From assembly GCF_000737315.1 (NCBI RefSeq), contig NZ_JMCB01000002.1:20001-268000 (forward strand): a DNA stretch of 248,000 bases, read 5' to 3'. The notes beneath the pieces were generated by a model. It was not told the DNA's origin. It saw only the letters and a program-made list of their open reading frames with translations, and searched no databases. The DNA comes from Hyalangium minutum. GTDB lineage: Bacteria; Myxococcota; Myxococcia; Myxococcales; Myxococcaceae. A program made the translations under genes and the position numbers. Shown here piece by piece: positions 240,416 through 248,000 of the stretch (the first letter of the stretch is position 1; every line of letters begins with the position of its first letter).

Positions 240416-242787
240416 AGCGCTCACTGTTGATGTTCATGGCTGGAGTTCTGTTCACCCTGTTCGCCCTGTTCACGCTGGTGTTGTTCGGGGACAGCATCCG
240501 CAGGCTCTTCGGCGCGTCCGCTTCCGCGTTGGCGGGCAACCAAGAGTCCTCCAGCTATTACTCCATGGCTCCGGCAGCTCCCTCGGCCCAGGCCGCGCCC
240601 GAGCCTGCTCCCGTCGAGGCGGAGATGGACGCGTTGGCGGGCGGCGGGGCCAGCAGCGAGCGCATGCGGGGCCTGTCGATGAAGCGCATGGAGACCATCC
240701 AGATCATCAAGGGCACCGGAGGCGCTGCGGCGAAGCCCAAGGTGGCCCTCGCCGAGGGTGGGGCGCAGGCCGAGGCCGCGGCCCCGAGCCGCGCCTGGTT
240801 CCCGGAGACGTTCCTCTTCGAGCCCCTCAAGGTGACGGACGAGTCCGGACAAGCGGTAGTGCCGGTAAAGGTGCCGGACCGGCTGACGCGGTGGCGGGTG
240901 CTGGCGCTGGCGCACTCGCGCTCGGGCGCGCAGGCCGGAGCGGTGACGAGCTTCTCGGGCACACTGCCCACGTATGTGGATCCGGTGGTGCCCGCCTTCC
241001 TGTTCACGGGGGATGCCGTGCGCCTGCCCGTGCAGGTGGTGAACACCACGGAGCAGGCGGTGGAGCAGCCGCTGAAGCTGGTGGCTGATGGCGCGGTGGT
241101 GGAGGGCGCCGCCACCCGCACCGTGCGGGTGCCCGCTCAGGGCAGCGTGGTGGAGTACGTGACGCTGAAGGCCACCCAGCCCGGCCCTGTCTCCTTGCAG
241201 GCCTCGCTGGGCACCACGGACGCCATCGTGCGCAGCTTCGATGTGAAGCCCACCGGCCGCCGGGTGGACCAGTCACGCGCGGGCTCGCTCGCGGCGCCGC
241301 GCACCCTGACGCTGGACGGTGTTGCCGACGCGCAGGCGGGCAGTGAGCGGGTGCGGCTGCAGGTGTTCCCGGGGGCTCTGGGCATGCTGCGCGCGGAGCT
241401 CTCCGCGGCGCCTGGGCGCTGGGGACTGGCGGAGGATGCGTATGCGCTGCTCTTGGCGGGCCGCGCGCCCGAGCTGCTGAAGTCGCTCGGGGAGACGGCG
241501 GATGCCGAGGCCCTCAAGGCCATGGCCTCCTTGTCCGGTCAGCGGGTGCTGCGAGCGGCCCGGGCACCGGATGTGCCCACTGCGGCCCTGCTGGCCCAGG
241601 CTGCACTGCAGCACCCGGACAACCCGGTGCTGTCCCGCCTGGGGGAGCGCCTGTCCGCGCAGGTGGCCAACGCCCAGCGTCCGGATGGCACGTGCCAGGG
241701 CGGGGACGGGTGGACGCTGCAGCGGTTACTCGTGGCCACCGCAGATTGTGCGCAGGCCGTGCGCGCGGGCGCCTCTCTCTCGGTGCCGGGCAAGCAGCGG
241801 GCTGCGGCCTTCTCCGCGCGCGCCATGGGGGCTTTCGAGCGCAACCTCTCGCGCGTGCAGGACGGCTACACCGCGGCGGCCATCCTGGCCAGCGGCGGGG
241901 TGACGGGCTCGCTCCAGGAGGCGTTGCGGGCCAAGGTGCGCGAGTCCTTGAAGAAGCGAGACGACGGCGCCGCATACCTGCCGGTGGAGCAGGGCGTGGT
242001 GCGCGCGGACGGAACGGTGCCGGGGGAGGCTGAAGCGACGGCGCTGGCAGTGCTCGCGCTCACGGGAGACAAGGCGGCGCCAATGGCGGACCTGGGCACC
242101 TCGCTGCTGGCCAGCTACCAGCCGGGGTGGGGCTGGGGGGATGGGCGCACCAACCTCCTGAGCCTCCAGGCCGCGATGGTGCTCTTCTCCGAGCCGCTGC
242201 CCTCACAGGTGCGCGTGGTGCTCGAGCGTGACGGGAAGACGGTGACCGAGGGCACCTTCGACGCCAAGGCCCTGCGGGACGTGCTCTCGATGGAGGCGGC
242301 GGCGATGGGCTCGGCAGGGACGCACACGTGGACGGTGCGCGCGGAGCCGGCGGTGCCTGGCCTGGGCTACTCGCTCACGTTGAGCGCGTACGTGCCGTGG
242401 AAGGCCGAGAAGGGCCAGGGACTGGAGCTGGCGGTGAAGGCGCCCGCCGAGGGCAAGGTGGGGATGCCGGCCGAGGTGACAGTGCAGGCGGCCTCTCCGG
242501 CGGGCATGGCACTCCAACTGCGCTACGCGTTGCCCGCGGGGGTCCAGGTGGACACTCCGAGCCTCGAGCGGCTCGTGGCCGAGCGGAAGGTGACGAAGTA
242601 CGAGGTGGAGGATGGGGCGCTCACGCTCACCCTGCCACCGCGCGGCGCGGGCGAGCCCTTCCAGGCCAGCTTCCGCGTGGTGCCGACGCTGGCGGGGACG
242701 CTTCAGGGAGGGGCCTCCAGCCTCTTCCCCGAGGGGCGGCAGGATCTCGTCTCGTACGTCCCGCCCGCTCAGTGGACGGTGCGCTGA
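240412..242787 (+). CDS. Alpha-2-macroglobulin C-half-like protein
   Basis: RAWFPETFLF; VPDRLTRW. Confidence 0.8.
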   Translation: MKRSLLMFMAGVLFTLFALFTLVLFGDSIRRLFGASASALAGNQESSSYYSMAPAAPSAQAAPEPAPVEAEMDALAGGGASSERMRGLSMKRMETIQIIKGTGGAAAKPKVALAEGGAQAEAAAPSRAWFPETFLFEPLKVTDESGQAVVPVKVPDRLTRWRVLALAHSRSGAQAGAVTSFSGTLPTYVDPVVPAFLFTGDAVRLPVQVVNTTEQAVEQPLKLVADGAVVEGAATRTVRVPAQGSVVEYVTLKATQPGPVSLQASLGTTDAIVRSFDVKPTGRRVDQSRAGSLAAPRTLTLDGVADAQAGSERVRLQVFPGALGMLRAELSAAPGRWGLAEDAYALLLAGRAPELLKSLGETADAEALKAMASLSGQRVLRAARAPDVPTAALLAQAALQHPDNPVLSRLGERLSAQVANAQRPDGTCQGGDGWTLQRLLVATADCAQAVRAGASLSVPGKQRAAAFSARAMGAFERNLSRVQDGYTAAAILASGGVTGSLQEALRAKVRESLKKRDDGAAYLPVEQGVVRADGTVPGEAEATALAVLALTGDKAAPMADLGTSLLASYQPGWGWGDGRTNLLSLQAAMVLFSEPLPSQVRVVLERDGKTVTEGTFDAKALRDVLSMEAAAMGSAGTHTWTVRAEPAVPGLGYSLTLSAYVPWKAEKGQGLELAVKAPAEGKVGMPAEVTVQAASPAGMALQLRYALPAGVQVDTPSLERLVAERKVTKYEVEDGALTLTLPPRGAGEPFQASFRVVPTLAGTLQGGASSLFPEGRQDLVSYVPPAQWTVR

Positions 242788-242850
242788 GCGCAACTTTCCC
242801 AGGGCAGCCGTGTTTCACCCGGAAGACCCATTTTTCATGGAGCATTCCGG

Positions 242851-243975
242851 ATGGACCGAGCGATGTGGAAGGCCGTGGTGTTCGCGGGAGTCGTGGGGCT
242901 GAGCCTGACGGCGGGGGCGCAGCCTGTGGATGAGCAGGTGAGCGCAGGCTTGGAGTTTCTCGATCCTGAGTTCCGAGGGCTGTCGGCGACGTACCAGGAC
243001 AACAACCGGTGGATATGGCAGGCGCCCGTGGATCCGGTGACGGGAGTCATCCTCTCGTCTCAGCGCCAGCTCATCGACGGCCAGGCCACGTCCCTGCTCG
243101 AGTCCTTCCAGGGGCCCGAGTGGGTCCGAGGCAGCGACCGCATCCTTTATACGAAGACGGTCGACTCCGTTCCCAACCTCTGGATCAAGCGCCCCGGCAT
243201 GTCCCCCGCGCAGATCACCGCGCCGCCTGCGGCTCGCTATCTGCTCACGGGCATCCTCACGTCCCGGGGCACCGTGAAGGTGGTGTACCGCCGCAAGGAG
243301 ACGCTGGCCGGCGGTGGGCTCTCCCAGGGCGTGTACTGGCTGGACACCGCCACGCCTTCGGTCGAGCACCTGCTGCCCGGCGCGGACTTGGGCGTGGCGC
243401 CCGTGAGCTGGATTCCGGGTACTGAGGACCTCGTGTACACCCAGCAGCACGACATGGATCCGGGGCCGAGGGAACAGTGGGTGTCCCAGCTTGTTCGCCT
243501 GTCGACCGCGACGGGGGCCATCACCGTGCTCACGAGTGATTTGGACGCGAAAGAGGACTCCTTCGCGTTCCAGGCGCCGGAGGCGCAGCAGGCGCTGCGC
243601 TATGCGACGGTGGTGAATGGCGGCACCCTGCGAATCTATGGAGAAAGCGCTGCGGCGTGGGTCGACCTGCAGCCCCCATCGCAGCTGGGGTTCATGTACT
243701 CGCCCGAGGTGTTCCAGGCCCGCGACAGCCAGGGCACGGTGCGGACCTATTTCGTGGTGGTGATGCGCGCCAGCACCAACCCAGGGGACGTGGGAGAGGT
243801 GTGGGTGCTTGGCCTGAACGGCAGCGCGCTCCGGGTGGATGGCGGCACCGCGAGCCAGCCGCGCCAGCCGGCGGATCCGGAGGTCATCGCGGGTAGCAGC
243901 GAGATCTTCGTGTACTACAACAACTCGGCGAACCTGGCGCTGTGGCGGAGCCGCACGGGCCTGGCCGTGCCCTGA
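242851..243975 (+). CDS. Exported hypothetical protein (propeller-like)
   Basis: Signal peptide. Confidence 0.55.
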   Translation: MDRAMWKAVVFAGVVGLSLTAGAQPVDEQVSAGLEFLDPEFRGLSATYQDNNRWIWQAPVDPVTGVILSSQRQLIDGQATSLLESFQGPEWVRGSDRILYTKTVDSVPNLWIKRPGMSPAQITAPPAARYLLTGILTSRGTVKVVYRRKETLAGGGLSQGVYWLDTATPSVEHLLPGADLGVAPVSWIPGTEDLVYTQQHDMDPGPREQWVSQLVRLSTATGAITVLTSDLDAKEDSFAFQAPEAQQALRYATVVNGGTLRIYGESAAAWVDLQPPSQLGFMYSPEVFQARDSQGTVRTYFVVVMRASTNPGDVGEVWVLGLNGSALRVDGGTASQPRQPADPEVIAGSSEIFVYYNNSANLALWRSRTGLAVP

Positions 243976-243993
243976 GCGGCGCCTCGTCTCTTC

Positions 243994-244830
243994 TCAGCGC
244001 CCCATCAACCACTGGAGCAGCGCTTGAGGGGCATCCACGTGGACGAAGTGGCCGGCCTCCGGAAGCAGGGCCACGGGGCAGCCGGCCGCCTCCATGCGAG
244101 CCGCGTCCGCGTCCGTCACATACCGGGAGCGCCCTCCGCGAATGCAGCGCACCTTCGCGCCTGGGCGCTCCACCGCTGCCCACAGGTTCGTCCCGTTCAC
244201 CCGGCCGTGCAGCTCCGCCAGCGCCTGCCGGTCAAAGCGCCAGCGCACCCCTCCCTCCGGCGTGGAGACGAGGTTCATCACCAGCCAGTCCGCCAGCGGC
244301 TCCGAGAGGCCCTGGCCCGTCAACGCCGCGCGTATCTCCCGGCGGTTGGCGGCGGTCTCGGGCGCCTGGAGCAACACGTTCAGCACCATTCCGCTCTCCG
244401 AGAGGTCCACGGGCACGGGGCTCGGCGAGATGTCGAGCAGCGTCACGCTGGCCACATCCGAGGGTGAGGCGAGGCTGGCCGCGAGCGACACCCGGCCCCC
244501 CAGCGAGTGGCCCACGAGCTCCAGCGGTCCGGTGAGGCCCTTGGCGCGCGCCGTCTCCACCACGTCCCGCGCCATCGTCGTCAGGTCCGTCCCCGGGGGC
244601 ATGGGCAGCGAGCCGCCATGGCCCGTCAGGTCCGGCATCAGGAAGCGCCGGCTCGGATCGGCCGCGCTCCACGCGTTGGCCAGCGAGCGCAGGTTGCGCC
244701 CCGAGCCCAGGAAGCCATGCAGCAGGACGGTGGGCACTTCTCCCTCGCCCAGTTGGAGACTCTCGAGAACCACACGCACTCCCTTTCCAGGCCGTGCGCC
244801 TTGACCTGGGCGCGAGCCATCGCGCTTCAT
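243994..244830 (-). CDS. Alpha/beta hydrolase (YbfF-like)
   Basis: HGFLGSG; GHSLGG; GHFVH. Confidence 0.88.
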   Translation of the reverse strand: MKRDGSRPGQGARPGKGVRVVLESLQLGEGEVPTVLLHGFLGSGRNLRSLANAWSAADPSRRFLMPDLTGHGGSLPMPPGTDLTTMARDVVETARAKGLTGPLELVGHSLGGRVSLAASLASPSDVASVTLLDISPSPVPVDLSESGMVLNVLLQAPETAANRREIRAALTGQGLSEPLADWLVMNLVSTPEGGVRWRFDRQALAELHGRVNGTNLWAAVERPGAKVRCIRGGRSRYVTDADAARMEAAGCPVALLPEAGHFVHVDAPQALLQWLMGR

Positions 244831-245378
244831 ACCGCGAACGACCTCGACCTCGGAGCCACTCCGTGCCCTTTGCTTCGCTGCTGTGTCTCGTGCTCGCCGC
244901 TTCGCCTGCTGCCTCGGATAAGGCGGACCCTCGCCCCGCCATCGCCGCCGTGCTGGATGACTGGCACAAGGCGGCCGCCGAGGCGGACGAGGCTCGCTAC
245001 TTCGGCCACTTCACCGCCGACGGCGTCTTCCTGGGCACGGATGCCACCGAGCGGTGGACCCGCGATGCGTTCCGCGCCTGGGCCAAGCCCTTCTTCGCCC
245101 GGGGCAAGGCGTGGAGCTTCCGGTCTGTGTCGCGCAACATCGCGTTGTCCAAGGATGGCACTGTGGCGTGGTTCGACGAGGCGCTCGACACCCCGAACAT
245201 GGGACCGTGCCGTGGCTCGGGTGTCCGCGTGAAGGAGGGAGGGGACTGGAAGATCGCCCAGTACAACCTCTCCGTTCCCATCCCCAATGCGCTGCTGCCC
245301 GAGTTCAAGAAGCAGATCGAGGCGCACCTCAAGCAGCCTCCGGCGCCCGCCAAGAGCGAGCCCGCTCCGAAGAAGTAG
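244794..245378 (+). CDS. SnoaL/NTF2-like protein
   Basis: FLGTDATERW; WFDE; WKIAQY. Confidence 0.85.
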   Translation: MRLDLGASHRASYRERPRPRSHSVPFASLLCLVLAASPAASDKADPRPAIAAVLDDWHKAAAEADEARYFGHFTADGVFLGTDATERWTRDAFRAWAKPFFARGKAWSFRSVSRNIALSKDGTVAWFDEALDTPNMGPCRGSGVRVKEGGDWKIAQYNLSVPIPNALLPEFKKQIEAHLKQPPAPAKSEPAPKK

Positions 245379-245399
245379 CCAGTTCCAGCCTGAGCGAGG

Positions 245400-246752
245400 C
245401 TACAGGCCGAACGGATAGGTGTCGGGCGCGTCCTCCTCCTCGTGCCCGGCGTTCGCGTCCAGCGGGTGGACCGCGAACGTCTCGTCATAGTGGACCACCG
245501 CGTCGAACTGCGCGGGGAGGTCCGCCAGGAAGTAATGGCTCCAGCGCTCCGTGCGCGGCGCATACACCACGCCAATGGCCCGCTCCAGCCGACGCTCGCG
245601 CAGGCCCGAAGCCGCCTCGCCCAGGTCCTCCATTCGCAGCAGGAACCGAGGCAGCTCCACCTCATGGAAGAGGTGCTCGTAGCTGCCCGGGATCGCGGCG
245701 CGGATGCGGCGGCGCAGCCCTGGGCCATCCCACTCCTTGGCCGCGATCACCGTGCCCGTGTACGTGGTGAAGCCCACGCTGTAGACGGCCTTCGCGTGCC
245801 GCTCGCGCAGGAGCTGCCCCAGGTTCAGCTCGCCCTGATCCCCGAGCTGCGTGGCCCGCGCATCTCCCAGGTGCGAGTTGTGCGCCCAGATCACCATCCG
245901 CGCGGGCTGGCCCGCCTTGCGCGTCAGGTGCGCCGCCAGCGCGTCCGCTGTGTCCGCCATGTGCGTATCACGCAGGTTCCAGCTGTCGTTCCGGCCCGCG
246001 TACATCGTCCGGTAGTAGGCCTCCGCGTCCTGGGCCAGCCGCGCGTTCTGCTCGGCGAAGAACCGGGCGTCCTCTTCCCGTGCACCCTGGGCCGTGCGGC
246101 GCTGCAGCTCCAGCAGCTGCTCCACCACCGCGTCCTCGCACGTGGCCGAGTAGCCGTACGCCGTGGCGTGTCCGTAGCTCTGCGGATCCGTGCCGAACTG
246201 CTCGAAGCACCCGTACCGCTCACGCGCCCGCTGCGCCGCTTGGGGATCCACCTTCTCCAGGTAGTCCACCACGGCGCGCATCGAGGCGTGCAGGCTGTAG
246301 AGGTCCAACCCGTAGAAGCCGGCTCGCTGCTCCGGAGGCCTCGCCGCGTTGTGCGCACGCATCCAGCGCACCAGCTCCGCCACCTCCTGGTTGCGCCACA
246401 TCCACCGGGGGAAGCGCTCGAAGTTCCCCAGCGCGGACGCTGCCTCCGTGTCGGTTCCCTCGCCCTGGATGAAGGCGTTCACGCGGAGGGCGTCCGGCCA
246501 ATCCGCCTCCACCGCTACCGCCGTGAAGCCCTGCTCGGAGATCAGCCGCCGGGTGAGCGCCGCTCGCAGTGCATAGAACTCATGGGTGCCGTGGGTCGCC
246601 TCGCCCAGCAAGACCAGGCGGGCGTCGCCGATGCCCTCGATCAAGGCATCCAGATCCGAGGCCGTGCCCGTGAGTGGCACGGCGGCTGACTTCACTCCGT
246701 CCAGCAGGGCGGAAGAGATGTCCGGTGTGTCGTCATCGAAAAAGGGGGCCAT
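245400..246752 (-). CDS. Erythromycin esterase family protein
   Basis: LGEATHGTHEF; EADWPD; WAHNSH; QFDAV. Confidence 0.92.
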   Translation of the reverse strand: MAPFFDDDTPDISSALLDGVKSAAVPLTGTASDLDALIEGIGDARLVLLGEATHGTHEFYALRAALTRRLISEQGFTAVAVEADWPDALRVNAFIQGEGTDTEAASALGNFERFPRWMWRNQEVAELVRWMRAHNAARPPEQRAGFYGLDLYSLHASMRAVVDYLEKVDPQAAQRARERYGCFEQFGTDPQSYGHATAYGYSATCEDAVVEQLLELQRRTAQGAREEDARFFAEQNARLAQDAEAYYRTMYAGRNDSWNLRDTHMADTADALAAHLTRKAGQPARMVIWAHNSHLGDARATQLGDQGELNLGQLLRERHAKAVYSVGFTTYTGTVIAAKEWDGPGLRRRIRAAIPGSYEHLFHEVELPRFLLRMEDLGEAASGLRERRLERAIGVVYAPRTERWSHYFLADLPAQFDAVVHYDETFAVHPLDANAGHEEEDAPDTYPFGL

Positions 246753-247087
246753 ACCCTGAAGGTGGGCAGGTGCACGGGGACTGCCCAGCCATGCACCGGC
246801 TGTGGGCGAGCAGGCGAGGGGCGGCTCGCGCCCGTGGGCAGGAGCCATGGATGTCGGACCGAGCCGCTACCCTGCTGTTCATGCGGGAGCACTCCTCGAG
246901 CGTGAACGTGTTGGGTTTCCATCACCCGGCCGATGAACCCGCTGGTCACCTCTGGGGTGGGTGCCCATCGTCGCCATCACTCGGGTCAGCCACGGCAAGG
247001 CAATGGGGAACAGGCCGCCCCTCCTGGACGCTCGCTCGGAGCGAGAGAGGAGGGGGCCGGGCCGTGGGGTGGTGGAGGAGCAGGCAG

Positions 247088-247636
247088 ATGGGGCGAGACT
247101 TCTGGGTGGTAGGGGCGCGGTGGCTGATTCTTGCGGCAATGCTCGCGGCGGGGTTGTCCGAGGCCCGTGAAGTGGCTGGCGTGAGGATGGACGACACGCT
247201 GGAGCTGCAAGGCCGCAGGCTGGCGCTCGCGCACATGGCGCTCAAGGAGAAGCTCTTCTTCAACATCTACGTGTGGGGGCTCTATATGGAGCAGATCCCC
247301 CGCGTGGAGGCCGAGGCCATCGCCACCAACTCGGTGAAGCGGCTGCACTTCCGCTTCCTGCGGAAGATCCGCCGGGAGCAGCTCGTGGGGGCCTTCCGGC
247401 AGGGGATTGCCACCAACGCCAGCATGCTCTCGGAGCCCATGCAGCAGGGGATGGAGACGCTGCTGCAGTCCTTCAAGGACGTGAGCAAGGGGGACAACCT
247501 CATCCTCACGTATGATCCCAACGCTGGGCTGCTGGTGTCCGGCGAGGCCTCGGGGGGCGTGCTCATTCCGGGCAAGGGCTTCGCGGACGCGCTGTTCTCG
247601 GCGTGGCTGCAGAAGCACCCGGTGTTCCCGCGCTGA
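247088..247636 (+). CDS. Chalcone isomerase-like protein
   Basis: IYVWGLY; FADALFSAWL. Confidence 0.8.
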   Translation: MGRDFWVVGARWLILAAMLAAGLSEAREVAGVRMDDTLELQGRRLALAHMALKEKLFFNIYVWGLYMEQIPRVEAEAIATNSVKRLHFRFLRKIRREQLVGAFRQGIATNASMLSEPMQQGMETLLQSFKDVSKGDNLILTYDPNAGLLVSGEASGGVLIPGKGFADALFSAWLQKHPVFPR

Positions 247637-247642
247637 GGTCGG

Positions 247643-248000
247643 CTACTTCTTCCGGAGCACGAAGGTCGTGAGCGGCTTGATGCCGTTCTGCTGCGCGAAG
247701 TGGCCCTGGTTGATGGCGAAGGCCACGCGTCCGCGCGAGTCCACGTACATCAACGGCTTGCCCAGCGGCACGTCGCTGAAGGTGGCGGCGAAGGGCAGGC
247801 GCAGCTCGCGGCCCTTGCCGAAGGTGACGCGCGCCGTGTCGCCGCGCTGGTAGCCCAGCTTCGCCAGCAGGGCGCCGTCCGCGTTGGTGACGAGGTTGCC
247901 GTACGGATGCTCGATGGCGAGCACCGTGCCGTTGAGCGCCGTGTCCGTCAGCTTCGCCTCGGGGATTTCAAGGCGCTTCCACTCGGTGAGCACCGGGCCC
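247643..248000 (-). CDS. SAM hydroxide adenosyltransferase/DUF62 family C-terminal part (runs off window)
   Basis: IEHPYGNLVTN; YVDSRG..AINQG. Confidence 0.8.
   Translation of the reverse strand, partial: GPVLTEWKRLEIPEAKLTDTALNGTVLAIEHPYGNLVTNADGALLAKLGYQRGDTARVTFGKGRELRLPFAATFSDVPLGKPLMYVDSRGRVAFAINQGHFAQQNGIKPLTTFVLRKK

Overview
High-GC myxobacterial chromosome segment (Cystobacterineae-like, judged from TIGR02265/DUF2378, TIGR02269/double-CXXCG, DUF2381 and MYXO-CTERM families and many Ser/Thr kinases). Housekeeping genes include purL, gyrA, dnaJ, ung, rnz, hppA, a urease operon and tRNA-Phe, among many signalling genes. Accessory content includes a T6SS locus with vgrG, Rhs and a candidate immunity gene, two SitA6/SitI6-like toxin-immunity pairs, a poly-HAMP kinase locus, a low-GC SLATT gene and a DUF559/AAA-HerA trio. 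The strongest new candidate lies just after tRNA-Phe (162195-164862, minus strand). It is a 57-aa precursor-like peptide missing from the ORF track (acidic leader, CC-x-C-x6-C tail), an LpxL-like acyltransferase with a PqqD/RRE-like C-terminus, and an M50 peptidase: a putative lipidated RiPP pathway. A second candidate is a TDO/kynureninase-like/methyltransferase trio embedded in a FIST/two-component locus. All domain calls come from reading motifs by eye; no database searches were run. Several start codons were re-picked from RBS or gene-overlap context.
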